A DNA stretch of 63,721 bases, filler included, from Choristocarpus tenellus KU-1152 (lineage: Eukaryota > Protista > Phaeophyceae): assembly GCA_964200185.2 (NCBI GenBank). It is 12 parts of 12 records of this genome, joined end to end, with 100 filler letters (N's around TTAATTAATTAA, not from the genome) between each part and the next. Parts side by side here need not be neighbours in the genome. Positions count along the whole stretch, not along the records: positions 1 to 2,608 come from CAXNAD020026316.1; positions 2,709 to 7,504 come from CAXNAD020013031.1; positions 7,605 to 10,118 come from CAXNAD020027165.1; positions 10,219 to 27,345 come from CAXNAD020000720.1; 8 more parts are not named here. One strand, 5' to 3'. The notes under the pieces were generated by a model. That model was not told where the DNA came from. It searched no databases and worked only from the letters and a program-made list of their open reading frames with translations. Shown here piece by piece: positions 1 through 13,165 of this stretch; position 1 is the stretch's first letter, and every line of letters starts with the position of its first letter. Both the position numbers and the translations under genes were made by a program.

Positions 1-2328
1 CAGTGGTGTCTGCATTTCCTAATCCACTCCACCGATGGTGTCTATAGTGTACCAGCAGCACTATCTACGAACAGTTTATAGTTTTGCTAAGTCATCTGTA
101 GTAGTCTCTACCGCTCTCGTCACAATTATTCGTCCTTTTTTAAAAATGACAGAACACTGTTCCACTTGGGTACTCAACTACTTTGTAAGGTCAACAATGT
201 ACCGCTATTATGCCACATACTTCCACAGTACTTCTGAGATGAATTAGGGGTTGTCATGGCCGTATGACGATCGGGAAGGAGGGCACATGTGGATTGTATG
301 CCGCGGTGTTTATGTGTAATTTATCCCTTAAAAAGAATAGAGGGAATGGTTGACTGATGACAGTGCTGGTGTACACTGGTGAACAGAGTGGATGCAAACT
401 CCAACCATTTGGTGATAATTGACCAGTTGCCGTTGGACTGTTTAAATTTGTCCACAGATTTGACTGGAAAATTGCGTGTCTCACTGATTCCACCCAGATA
501 AATACATCCTGAATTTCCACTTCCCAGGCAACTTAGTGCTCGCCATTGTTTTGGGACTATTTTGAAGAACAGTACTTGTGTGTCCTATGCCGCAGTCCTT
601 TAGTTTAGAGTAGTCCCTCAAGTCTTTTCAATAACAGAACTCCAAAAGTGTTACAGGGGAATAGCGCGTGCATTTCTTTCTGCGTGCCAAAATGCCCGAA
701 CAGTATACATACGTAAGAATTCATGTAAGAGGAACTTTGAATTGATAGAAGTTGCAGACTAAGATTCGAAATGTATACCTAACCTTACAGAATAGATGTC
801 AATTCCAGAAAGTTGCAGAATAAAGATTTATGATTGGAGTATTTACACAGCAGTTTGCAGTCGTCATTTAACTCTTTGGCTGTAGAAAAGTTTTGAATGT
901 TAATAAAAGGCTGAGTCGTTGACCACTACTCAGTTCTTTGATCCTTACCCTCTTTTGATAAAGCGAAAAGCGAGACATTGACTGAGCTAAGCATCAACTG
1001 ACACCATACATGGTCATCATCTATGAACCCCCGCGTAGCGTCGTTTCAAGGTCGTTGGATTTGAGTTGCATATCCTGTGGAGGTGAGTTCTGGGGGGCAC
1101 GATGTAACATGGAGGTCCTACCGCCTCTCTTCAAACTGGAGAGAATACAAACCGTATTCACCTCAACACTTAGGATTCTTTGTAGCTTCCTACGCCCGCC
1201 TGGATTCTTTTCTTTTCCCACTTGGGTTTGTGATCTTCATGTGGGGTCTGCGGGGTTTTCGTCTTGGCCTCATCGTCTCTGTGGGTGTGATGACCTCTGT
1301 GGCTCCGAGGGAACCATTATCCTTCATTGTTGTACTGTTCAAACATAGGCGCTACTCAATTTTTTCTTGTTGATATGATACACAAACTACCAGCTTGTAC
1401 TGACTGTTGATTGGTGCACTGCACTGGTTGTTAGTGTTCATTTATTTATTGCGCATCCCAACACATCATCTCATCGATGACAGTAGATAGAAGTATAGCA
1501 TCAGTTGATCCATATCACACACAGGAACATCATAGCACACGTCATTCAAGTTACTTCGGAACTCGTATCAAGTGCATTCCCCTGTTACCTTGTGTTCCTT
1601 TTTTCTATTTGTTGTTGTCTGCCATCTCGGTTCTTTCCTTTTATATGCATAAGACCCCAGATGCACGGTAATTGTTGGTTATTATTTTTTATTGATTGCC
1701 ATTGTCCCCTCACTGAGTACCTCAAGCTCACTCTGAAATAGTGCTACAGGTGCCCCAGAAAGCTTACCTCCCCAGGATGTATAGCCCCAATCCACGGGCA
1801 TATAGATGCTGATGTACGTATAGGACTCGTGGTGCACAAGTCGTCACGTATGCTGGATCTCTCACTTGGATTATCGTCATTATCGTCATATAAAAAGGAA
1901 CTGGTCCACGCTGTCTTTTATCACAATCGGGGACCACAATGACCAAATAATAAATAAATAATCAAGAAGTACAAATATATCAAATCTAGAACTTCAATGT
2001 CATAATGGTGTTTATGAAACCGCCATCAAGACATACCGTCTGTGACATACCCCCCTAGCATGAAGCATAACTGCTTCAATGCGATAAACTGACGATTGGA
2101 CAAGGAAATATAATGTCTCTCCTCATCCTATCATGGACACAGCAGAAATGAAATGAATGCCACTTCCAGGTCCTACTAATTAATAGGCAGTGTTGGGGAT
2201 CCAGCGGAGGAGGAAACAGGGAGGGAAAAACCTCTTCCAACGTTTGCCCTGACAACAGATATGTTAGCGCGACACTCCCACCTCACGGCACTCACTCTGC
2301 ATTTGACTCAACGTTCAAAAGAAAAACT

Positions 2329-2534
2329 CCTATACCAGAGTCTCGTACACACGTCAAAAGTAGGGTACTATCTAAAAAGATTCCACCCCTTCCAAGATAA
2401 ACATAAATACAAACACAAAATCTTAGTAGCACTGAACTTGGTATTGCCATGCTAGAAAAGCTTCTACACCAGAGTCTCATACACGCATCAAAAGTAGGGT
2501 ACTGTCTAAAAGACTCCACCCTTCCAAGATAAAC
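2329..2534. repeat. Imperfect ~70-bp direct duplication
   Basis: ACCAGAGTCTC..TCAAAAGTAGGGTACT..TCCACCCTTCCAAGATAAAC occurs at ~2329-2402 and ~2463-2534. Confidence 0.85.
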
Positions 2535-2608
2535 GGGTCAAAGTATCTGGGGGTGGGGGGTGGTTTGTGAGGGGGCGTCCGTTTCGGTCAAACAAATCTT
2601 TTTTTTGC
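2535..2608. mobile_element. MITE family B end (truncated by contig break)
   Basis: Begins GGGTCAAAGTATCTGGGGG, the terminus shared with full copies at 59878 and 60468. Confidence 0.6.
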
Positions 2609-2708
2609 NNNNNNNNNNNNNNNNNNNNNNNNNNNNNNNNNNNNNNNNNNNNTTAATTAATTAANNNNNNNNNNNNNNNNNNNNNNNNNNNNNNNNNNNN
2701 NNNNNNNN
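2609..2708. other. Artificial contig linker N44-TTAATTAATTAA-N44 (first of 11)
   Basis: Identical 100-bp spacer with stops in all six frames. Also at 7505-7604, 10119-10218, 27346-27445, 33935-34034, 39542-39641, 43186-43285, 47553-47652, 50422-50521, 56742-56841 and 60914-61013. Confidence 0.98.
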
Positions 2709-5700
2709 GCTCCGAAGCGAGACCTGGTGATGTCCTGGATAGACTACTGGGCGGATACGTACGGGCAGTTCATGCCTCACAAGACCGCAATTGTGATCTA
2801 CGCCGCGAACAAAGAGGTAGGTTTTGCCCTTGGTTGTGGAGAGGTTGGCCACACCCTGCGTTGGAGTTAGTTGCAAACCGTGTGACCCATCAGTATGTAG
2901 AAGAAGTAGATCGAAGGAGAATTTTAAGTGGTGGGTGGTTATTACTTTGACCGGTCTGAGATTATGGTTAAAAAAAAAGTGAAGCTTCATACGAAGTACT
3001 ATTTTCTTTCTTTGTGAATGTCGACACTACAATGATGATGATGATACTCTTCGTTTGCTTTTACGGAGGAAGGCACAGTAACTGTTATTTCACCGCTGTG
3101 TACACCTACTCTTGCAGCCCCGGACCCGGTCTGACCTTGGTAGCAAAAGTGTGTACTTTGTATGTCTCAAGGACTTCGCGATGATGATGATGATGATGGT
3201 AGATTCACCTCCTTTACGTTTCTGCAAACGGCGGCAAGACCTGAAGAGAATGGCGCTCGTGGCAGATTTACGAAGATCATTCTCTTTGCTCTTTCATTAC
3301 GAACGATGTAAGGTTGCTTGATCCTGTCTTCCGTGTTGTCAGTTAAGTTACTGCTCAGCCTGCCTTCGAGAGATCATGCAGCGGTGTTCTTCGAGTGTTC
3401 CTTCTCAATAATTCCTCACTTGTCCACACAAACAACATTAATTATTAGGGGCTATACAAGGACTTTTGCAAAGAGGCAATACGGGTGTATCCTGACGACA
3501 CTTCCAAGCGGGTAAGCAAGGCACACTTCATTCGATTGCTCAGAGAGGACAGGCCCAACATCAGGGTGAGGGTAGGAGACGAATTTATGAAATGTGACAT
3601 ATGTGTCACGTTAAAAGAGAAGCGGCACGGTGCGCCTGGTGTAAAACCCACGAACGACTCCACCGTCCTCGAGTCCAATGACAAGGAGCTGTCAGACCAT
3701 CGAAAAGCAGGTGTCCAGCGTTAATTTTGTGACAATCATACAGTAGCAACATGTCGCCGTCATTGCCTTCCATTGGGAACAACATCTGTTGCCTTTTGCG
3801 AATGAAGACTCCGACGCAGGTGCTTACGGCAGCAGCAGTAGCAGCCTCACTCAGCGCCAAACTGTTATTATTAGGTTCCCACACACCTTGTGTGATGGAA
3901 CTGTTGTTTCCTGGTCGTCTACAACGGGCTTTGGGAGGGACATGTCATGTTGCGGTCTTCCGGCCCCGTACATACGTACCTGCTCCTGTGCCGATAATAC
4001 TGTCTTTGCCTTGAATGCAGCAGTAAAAAATAGGAGCAAAGACAAACATTTTTTGTTACCTACACTCGATTTTTGTCACGTACCTGGTACGTGTTAACAA
4101 GTGGACATTTATTTACACCTCTAAGCAGATTTATTTGATTTATAGACGTGATGTTGCTCTCCCCCATTCCCCAGATTATCCAAGCGGATCGGCTGGTCAT
4201 CACCAACAACACCAGCAGCGCCATGCGGGCCAAAGCCGACGGCAAACCTCTCGGCTTCGTGTTCATGTCTGTAGACGCGGCGAACCAGACATCCCATGCC
4301 CTCCCAGCACTTTACCCACCTACCCACGGCGGTGACAGGTAACCACACGCACGCATAGTCCATTTGTCAACAAGTTTGCAGCCGCATGCAGAAGAGAATA
4401 GACCACCCTGTTTTATTGAACGAGTGAGTGCAAAGTCCCAAGAGATAACCGCCAAAACAGACGCACATAATTCCACTACCTATTCCGTTCATCATGATGA
4501 TGACGCACCGTAACACCTTTCTTTACACGTTTCTTTGGTTCATGTCCTTGTTATCAGGGGCTACTCCGAGTGCCAGAAGATCATGGCCGCACACGTTGAA
4601 GGCCAGTTAGCGGAGGTGCTCTTCACTCCTCAAAATCTTGGAGGAGGTACGTATTGTGGGTTGTGGCAAACAATCACATGACCGAATAGATGTTGGTTGC
4701 ACACGCACCACTTGATTTATCGTCATAGTGAGGGGACCCACCGCAGGTTAGATACCCGAGGACGAGTACATCCTTGCACGATTTTCCTACAGATACCGCA
4801 GGCCTGGTGAACAGTTGATTAAGTGATGATGCGCTGTGCTCCCCTGCCCTCGTACCCCTCAGCTTCGGAAGGGCGAGAGGAGCGTAAGAGGCAATCAAGG
4901 AGGAGGGAAACCGACAGACATCTATATCAGCCAGTTGGGTGTATGTGCTCTACATCGCAAAAACACATTACATTACCCCTCTTTTTAGCTCCAAGTAAAC
5001 AATGCGTAAGTAAGCAGAGTACTATTTGCCAACTAACGACAGACATCATCGTTCGCGCAGGTTGTAATCTTGTCTGCACAGCCACCCACCTTGCCCTCAC
5101 AAGGCCCATCGACAAGTATCACAACAGCCTCGATCATGCGGGGGGTTGCATCATCCAGCACGCGCATTGACAGGTAAGAAAGTTTCATCTTGAGACGACC
5201 TACTTGCGATCTACTCGCCGAATAGCGGCCACCAAGTAACTAACTGCGTGGTATTTAGTTTTGGTTTGTGGGTTGCAACTTGCATGTATGATGGCGGTGA
5301 TATAGAGCTTGCGCTCTAGCACTGCTGGAAACACGCCCTGTTTCTCCACAAAACGTGCAGAAACGGGCTGATATATCGGCCTCGCGCCTATCCCTCCCCT
5401 GCTCCCAACTCCCCAAACTACCCAGGTCGACAACTGCGTCTCAGAGAACAAGAACAATTTCTTTCTCGGATATGCGGGGCTGTTGGTCGCGGCGAGTGTC
5501 GTTCGTGTGGTCGAGATACATTTTATATGGTAGGGCACACGCACATCAAGATCGATCAGATCTTCTCCAGGCAATTAGGCACGCATCGTGAATGCGATAG
5601 CCACATGGTATTTTTACATGGACAGATACTGCCTTGAGGCTTGCAGTTCACGCTTGTTGCCACTCTGGAAGGTTTATGGTCATACACTGCAATGGATTGA

Positions 5701-7440
5701 TTGACTCTGATTTCCCCACAACAAAACAGCATGAGAAGAGCAGCTGGCAAAACTGTATTGTAACCTGGCCTCGAAACAAAAAAAAAAATGTACGCATCAC
5801 CCCTTTTTATATTTATACTTCCATATACATGCATCAGAGCATGTGCCTGCATATATATCTTGCTTCTCCACTTCGTTTCTTTCGCGCCCGCCTCAAAATT
5901 AACTTGCTTGCATTTCACCTTCAGATTCTCACATGATATCAAAGGGAAGAACACCTTCACAAGAACACAGCTGGGTGAAGAGCTGCAGGCCTCTTACACG
6001 GAGGTTCCAGTCTACTGCAAGACCCTATGGAACGAGGGCAACTTCAAGGGACTCCTTCACGGTCGCGTCAACCGTGTTCCCAACATCACGAGCTACAGGA
6101 CTTTTCGCGTTGAAAAAGGCGGCGATGGATGGGTTAAGGTTAGCATAAAGCAATACATGCACAGCACCGAACGGAATGGGATAGGCGCCAACGTTGCTAT
6201 CGACCCCAACGCCCCTCTGCACGACCTCTTCATCGGCCACCCGCCTCGTCTCCAAGATGCACCACCCTACCAGCTCATGAGTGTTCCCGAAGACGTCATC
6301 CTGAAGGTGGAGCAGCGGTACCAGGTGTCGCACGAGCGCCTCACTGCTGCGTACCCATTGGGTAAGTCGAACATTTCGTGAGGAGAGTTGATGGCTAATT
6401 TTTGTATTCGGTGGCAGCCAAAACAATCTGGTGCAACTTCTGCACGAGGCAGCCCTTACAGCCTTTACAAAAAAATCTTGATAAATATTCCATTCTCATG
6501 CGCAGTGATCGTCGCGCGTCACGATAAACAAGTCTATACATTACCGGCAATAATTGTTTTGAGGGTACTGGTCTTGTACTCAACAGCGACGAATCCGACG
6601 AAATATACACCCTCCCTCTCACTACATGCTCCCTGAGCGCCTTCGTGCAACCTTACAGCTGGTTACAAAGTCACGTTCATGTTTCCATATCGTTGATGTT
6701 CTCGTGCTCATGCCATCCACCTTCGCAGATGATGAAGCCGTTCAGAGAGCGAAACACGAGCAAAGCGAGTCTGTGCAGCTTCTCAAAAAGACAGGGGAAC
6801 GAGAGTTCGACCTCCCAGTCCATTAACTTCCTACCGATGACGATGGTGCTGGAACTGGTACCAGCAACGTTGAATACACCGACCAGGGCAAACGTTCGGG
6901 TGGAGGAGGTAATCTCATCAGCGGTGACAATGATCTCGGCGGGCTCGAGGAAACAGACTATTCCTCATCGGACAGTGACACGGAAGAAGCTGGCTTCCGT
7001 CGACGGGGTTGGCCTCGTGCTACCTTGAGATCGGCGAATGATGGAAACCTTGTCACTGTGCAGCAGGAAGGCAGGTTTGCCTTCTTTGTGGGAACAGAGG
7101 CGCCGCTCTTGGTCGGCAAGATCCTAACGGAGCGTGTCAGCGACGACGGGGAGCGTGGGGTAGATCTTCACTGGCTTCAGCCGACCAGTGACCACACACG
7201 TGACAACGCCGCGTCTCTGACCCTTGAAAAGTACGGGAAAAGTACTTTTGTCGAAGGCTACATACACGCTGGTGATAGATCCCTCGGGTGAACTGGGAAA
7301 CCGAACCGGGTTAAAGACATAAGCTGGGAACCCATGGCGGGTATTGTTTCGACGTGCGAAAAACTTGTTGGGAACGGCAAAAAGATTCCTACCAAGGTCT
7401 TGACAGTTCTACGGTCTGCTATCGAGACAAGGGAAAGGGG
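2709..7440 (+). pseudogene. Sola-like (DUF7869-type) DDD transposase, intron-containing, disabled
   Basis: Exons joined by eye: 2709-2816, 3449-3710, 4175-4338, 4558-4646, 5061-5173, 5426-5570, 5925-6361, 6729-~7440. Motifs: W..GQFMP, F.KCDIC, SVDAANQ (D1), QVDNCVSENKN (D2), F.MVGHTHIKIDQIFSR (D3). Lesions: about one frameshift near 3705, stops at 5168, 6824 and 7289, and a GC donor at 5571. Confidence 0.85.
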
Positions 7441-7604
7441 GGGTTTTGTGGGAGAAGGATGGAAGACAAAATTCAAGGGACGAGGAGAGGAGAGGGGGGG
7501 GGAGNNNNNNNNNNNNNNNNNNNNNNNNNNNNNNNNNNNNNNNNNNNNTTAATTAATTAANNNNNNNNNNNNNNNNNNNNNNNNNNNNNNNNNNNNNNNN
7601 NNNN

Positions 7605-7678
7605 CACCCAAAAACCGCGACATGAAAAAATTTACCCCAAATTGACAGCCGCCACCCCTCCCCCAGATACTTTGAGCC
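7605..7678. mobile_element. MITE family B partial
   Basis: CACCCAAAAACCGCGACATGAAAAAATTTACCCCAAATTGACAGCCGCC...CAGATACTTTGAGCC matches 60576-60647. Confidence 0.85.
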
Positions 7679-9173
7679 TGTAGTGATGTTGACGTAACAT
7701 TCTAGGAAAATGCATTAGTTGGTGACGGTGTTCTTGCTTAAATATGCGTAACTGCACCAATAATTCTACAAAGTTATCGTGGGCATTCTAGTGCATGCTT
7801 GAATTCTATTGGCAACTTTATTGTCAAGAACATCTAAATCCACTAGGTAAGTTTGTTTCACAAGTAAGCATGTTCTGTCAAATAGTGTCGTTTGAACCAA
7901 CGGTAGTATCAATTGGTAGTCTTGAGTAACCCTCAGAATGCCATCTAAGGCAGGTGTTTCACCCCAATAGGTGGTGGACTTGTACATATATTTTGAGCAC
8001 AGGGAGCTCTTTCTTGAAAAGATAAAAGTTGGGGATGATAGATCATTTTTTTCTGGTGCCATTAAAGCTTCACCAAACTGTTATTGCCGTCCTTGATATA
8101 TAAAATATTTCATGTACCTTGCCCTCCTTGTATTTATCAATAATTTAACAGGATCCAACAAACATCAACAAATCGTCAAGTGACACCAAAATTGAATTGA
8201 CCTTCAGGTATCATTGCAGCAAGATTGTTCAGATCCTACAAGTAGTACCCTAGTATGTTCGATGTTCTAAGAAACGTTATGTTCAATGACATAAAAAGGT
8301 GTTTCGGTGGCATGAGAAAATTTCAACCGGCCAACTCTCTATATTGTACCATTATAGAAATAAGTACCCAGGGAGTACAGTTCTTCTACTAGAGTGGACG
8401 GATTCAGTTAAACTGGTTCCTTGTGCATGTTTGAGTCTCTGTCATGTCCTGTGTGCAGGTGCTACTACAAAGAGCTGTGGCAAAGGAACATATTAGGAAC
8501 ACCCAGCGATAACCATACTGCCCTATCCTTATCCCGAGATGTGCAAGAGCAATAGGAGTAGTAATAGTTTCAAATGTTGATATTCAAAATCGCTAACTCA
8601 GGTGGAACAGTGGCATGTCAGTGTTCAAACAATCAAAAGTCATGGGTTGTAGGTTTGAATTTTTCCTGGGTCACTTTCCTGACACCCATATGCAGGAAAA
8701 TAGTCATGGGAAGGGGAGGGTCCTGACAATCAGCTACTGGCATGAGACCTAAGGAGATAGAGGTCGCTCAGGGAGAGCGCACAAGTAGTGGGTAAAAATA
8801 AATATACACAGATTATGCTGGGTAGGACCCTAGCTTCTGATTATGTGTAATGTTGATATGATACCTAATGTGCAAGTGTCTGCCCTGGTGGAACAGTTAT
8901 ACATTAATTTTTTTAGAGTGGGAAATTGAAGGTGGTAGTGGATGATGCAACATTTGCACCAATGGAAGGCCTTGGATTTTAGTTTGAACCAACAAGGTAT
9001 AAGAAGCATTTTCCCCTCCACATATGTCACCTCTTGATATTGGCATGACTCCTCAGTAAGCACCATGCGCGTCATTGAACTATCATGAGACTCTAGTCCT
9101 GCTATTGCTGTAGATGACATCACTTCATTGCTTCACCAACTTGACCCTGACTCTTACTTTCACCATCTTACAG

Positions 9174-9319
9174 GTGACAATGCCACAGTCTCAGAGTACC
9201 TCAGCACAAACAGGCACCTTGTGTGGGTGGTTGACGGGGATGGGAGGACAGCTCTTATCCTGGCTTGCTTGGGCGAGCATATGCCCCTTGTGGAGACCAT
9301 TGTAAAGGCTGGAGCAGAG
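9174..9319 (+). CDS. Internal exon of an ankyrin-repeat protein
   Basis: CAG|...|GT bounded exon encoding GDNATVSEYL...VDGDGRTALILACLGEHMPLVETIVKAGAE (ANK consensus D..G.TAL..A...G....V..L...GA). Confidence 0.7.
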
Positions 9320-9512
9320 GTGGGCTATGGGATGAAAGTATTTTTCACTAGGATTTCAAATTCAAACAAGTACCATTGCAAGCGCAGCTCGCTGGATTTC
9401 ACAGGGGAATTTTTTTAGCCTTGTCCTATCTCTTGTGTTTCTCACACTGCAATTGCGTAGTTTTTATTTCTAATGATCAAACTTGTACTCTTTGATACAC
9501 ACACTATATATC

Positions 9513-9770
9513 CAGTGAAAATATCTTGGAGGGTATAAGCTTTGTCCTGTTTGTCCGTTTGAGGCTTGGCTTCCCACGAGTTTTATATAAGATTTTTTCC
9601 TACTCCGAAACATTTTGGAGTAGGTAAAATGTATACTTATGAAAAGTCGTGTCCGGAACAAGGATATTGACACTTCCTAACAACAAGATAGCCAAAATTA
9701 TATCAATATCGCAACATTGGATTTTGGTCCCCAAACGGACGTGGCTCTACCCTCTAAGATCATTTGACTC
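9513..9770 (+). mobile_element. MITE family A (~258 bp)
   Basis: Termini CAGTGAAAATATCTTGGAGGGTA / TACCCTCTAAGATCATTTGACTC; internal sequence shared with 55981-56239. Confidence 0.9.
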
Positions 9771-9901
9771 GTTACCAGTTATCAAGAAGATTTTAATACC
9801 AAGAAGCAATAGATATCCTGTTGAGTGTTCTTAGCCTCATGGTTCACATGGTGCTCTCATAGACTCCGATTCTTATGTCATTCAATTCGTCCTCCGTGCA
9901 A

Positions 9902-10118
9902 ACCAGGTGAACTTTCAAGATACTTCTGGGACATCCTCCTTGGATGTGGCAGTTGTTCTCGGGAATCTGAACTTGGCCAGGCAAAAAAGATGGAGAATTT
10001 TTCTAGCTCTTAGTGCTTCTTGTGTCTTCCATGTCCAATGGGGTGAAGGGTCTTGACTGAGTTCTTCATGTGCATACCAGGTGAACTTTCAAGATACTTC
10101 TGGGACATCCTCCTTGGA
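9902..10118. repeat. 43-bp direct repeat
   Basis: ACCAGGTGAACTTTCAAGATACTTCTGGGACATCCTCCTTGGA at ~9902 and ~10076. Confidence 0.85.
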
Positions 10119-10337
10119 NNNNNNNNNNNNNNNNNNNNNNNNNNNNNNNNNNNNNNNNNNNNTTAATTAATTAANNNNNNNNNNNNNNNNNNNNNNNNNN
10201 NNNNNNNNNNNNNNNNNNCCCCCCCCTCTCTGTTTACCTTTTCTCATGTAACGTAGTTATATTGTGGTGTGTTGTGTGTGTCTCTATCTGGCTCCCATTT
10301 GACCCTCAGTTTGGGACTCTTCAGACTGAAGTGAATG

Positions 10338-10607
10338 TAACAACAATAATAGTATTAGTAATAATAATAGTAGTGGTAGTAGCAATAATAGTAACAATGG
10401 TAGTATCAGTAATAATAATATCAATAACATAGTACTAGTAATAATAATACTAGCAATAATAATAAAAATAATAGTATTAGTAATAGTAATAGAAGTAGCG
10501 ATAGTAATTATAATAATAGCAAAAATAATAACATAGTATTAGTAATAATAATAATAATAAAGTAATAGTAATAGAAGCAGCGATAGTAATAAAAATAATA
10601 ATAGCAA
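10338..10607. repeat. Degenerate (AAT/AGT)n microsatellite, left half
   Basis: AAT-rich trinucleotide run with AGAAGTAGCGATAGTAAT motifs; continues in the same orientation at 26154. Confidence 0.9.
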
Positions 10608-10730
10608 TGTGGAAGTGTCAAAGGTGCCAAGCTCTCTGCTCAAAGGGCGCAATCACAATCACCGGAGTGAACTTTTCCACCTCAGAGGGTGACACCAAGT
10701 ATCAAAGATCTTACCCAAACATCTCAGAAC
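10608..10730 (-). repeat. Inverted copy of the Gypsy LTR 3' end (U5)
   Basis: Reverse complement of 26032-26153, roughly 90% identical by eye. Confidence 0.9.
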
Positions 10731-11945
10731 CCGGTCAAAGGTGCGTTTGAAAGCAAGATGGCCTGCAACTTTATGGCCATGTAGGGCGTGTAAAATTAAG
10801 CCCTGAACCTCTGTTGGGGCTACTAACTGATCACGAAACTCTCCGATTTTTCGAAGGTGACCAGGCTGATACGACCAGTAAAGTAAAAGTCTATTTTCTC
10901 GTTCTTGACTGAAACAATTTGACATGGTATAGGCCGTTTCCTTAGTGGGTAATGCCACATTACTTGGGTCTGCCAGGAATTGAAAACAAGCTCCAAACTG
11001 ATCATGCCGGGCCTTGGCTAGAATTTCCGTATCAATTACAGGGAAAACATTGATGTAGCTTGCAAAGAGCTCTGAGTCATTTGCTACCCTAGTAATTTCA
11101 CCTAGTCGATCCACAGACAATTCATAGGCAGGGTATACCTTACTTGCTTTAGAACTTGCATCCGTGGTTTTTGTACCCACATTTCGACGTACAGGGGTTA
11201 GGGGTGCTGGTTCAGATTCATGTTTACAAAATTGTTCCAGTTGAGGATGTGACACATATCTGGGATGTACTGCAGTCTGCCAGGCTTATGAAGGAAGATA
11301 AAATCAAAACCTTGTAAAGCTAAGGACTATCTAGTTAACAGATTGGACGTATCTTGCATCGTATGCAGCCACCATAAAGCTGAATAGTCACTAGTAACTG
11401 TGAAATGTTTACCCCAAATATATGGTCTCCAATATTAAATTGCCAGGATATCTGCAGGGCACTCTTTTTGTGTGGCAGAATATTTCCGTTGGGAGGGGGA
11501 AAATAAGGTACTATGGTATGCAATTATATCAAAATTGTCATCATCATTTTTATGGGCCCAAAACGCCCCTGTCCCAACATTACTGGCGTCTACATGAATA
11601 AAAAATTCCCTTGAAAAATCAGGAAAGTGCAGCACTGGAGCCCTAGATAAACGTCATTTGCATTCTTGTCAAAAGCAGTTTGCTGTGGTCGATTCCATCT
11701 AGATGAGATATCCTTGTGGTCTTTCTTTGATGGCTTTTACTGAGTTGTCATCTGTTCTTAAATTTTATTTCTGTGTATGGCGAATCAATTCAACCAACGG
11801 TTCTGTTGATGTTGCTAGGTGAGGAATATATTTCCTAACGAAGTTAGTAGAACCTAAAAAAGATTTTACACCTTTCACAGTTTGAGGAGGATGCACATCT
11901 AATATAACGGGATAATTGATAGTAATGTCTTTGTCAGGTGACTAC
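10731..11945 (-). pseudogene. Gypsy pol relic: RT thumb/connection, RNase H, integrase zinc finger
   Basis: PPQTVKGVKSFLGSTNFVRKYIP; FFIHVDASNVGTGA...IIAYHS...QRKYSATQKEC; LHALHGHKVAGHLAFKRTFDRV; frameshifted. Confidence 0.9.
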
Positions 11946-13013
11946 AAAAATATTGTCTGGGTTGGTTATTTCAGTACCACAAGGAGAATCCTAGAAAAGG
12001 AATGTTGTAGCAAGTAACATAGCAAGTAACACAGATTGAGTGGCAAGTTATTAGTGGTCAGTGATGAGTGAAAGGTTTATCACCCCCCTTCTTGAACTAT
12101 GTATCTCTCTCCAACTTTCTACCTCCTATAACATAACTGGGAAGGAATTAATCTACACACATCAATGTCAAGACTTGGGATTCTACACATTCCTTAACAT
12201 GCTAGGTAGCATACTTTAAAGTGTGCTGATATTTCAAGTTAGCTAGTAGTAGAGGGGTCAGTCAGAGTTCCGATGGCGTCTGCTGTCAGTAAGTGAACAT
12301 GGAGGTTGAAGATGTTGGTGTGGAAGTACAGGGCATCGATGATGAGGAGGATCTAGCGACAAGGGATATCGCGATCCCAATATAGACTGTGGGAGTGGAC
12401 CTGCAGCACCTCATCCCACTTCCCTCAAAAAGTTTGGCATACAACGGTGACGATGATGGTGAGGGATTTCCTCATACAAGAAGGGATTTCTAACTTGTGC
12501 TGCGATGGGCGGATGGATGGATGGATGCATTATTCACTCAAGATTATGAAGCAATCTGAGTTTTATGGGCAGAAGAATTCTATTTGGTTGGGGGCACAGG
12601 TCAAGGGGACAGGAAAGAAATAAAAATGAGCAAGGAGGGAATGAAGAATTAAATACTGAGTGGTTGAGAGGGAGGAGAGAAGTTAAAAAAAAAATGGTTG
12701 GCAGGCCGAGGCAGGAGTGGAGAAGGAATGGACAGTATTGAATTGAAGAGGAAACCTGAGGCTGGGGTGGCAGGACGAGGAAGGCTAGATCAAGACGACC
12801 CCCGAGCAAGCTTTCCCAACCAACCCGCCCTGTCGCTTGCTCACGACCGACTTGGATCTCAGGGTGGGAGGGGGGGGTCAAGTTCAGGTGGGGTAGGTGT
12901 CTTCTAGCTCAAAGGCGCGGTATGAAGGGGATGATGAAGGGGGGTTCTTGGATGATTGTGGAGTGGGGTTGAGCGGGGTTGAATAGGGTTGAAAGGGTTA
13001 GGGTGGTAGAGAC

Positions 13014-13165
13014 CGGAAATCAGTGGTGAAAGGAGTTGCACTGGTTGGTCATTGGATGCGGGAGGTGACTGGAAATCAGGGGCGAAGGGGGTTCACCCTG
13101 GTTGGTCATCCGATGTAGGGGGTGACTAGAAACTAGTGGCGAAGGGGTTGCACTGGTTGGTCACA
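13014..13165. repeat. ~57-bp tandem repeat x2.7
   Basis: GGAAATCAGTGGTGAAAGGAGTTGCACTGGTTGGTCA-like unit three times. Confidence 0.8.
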
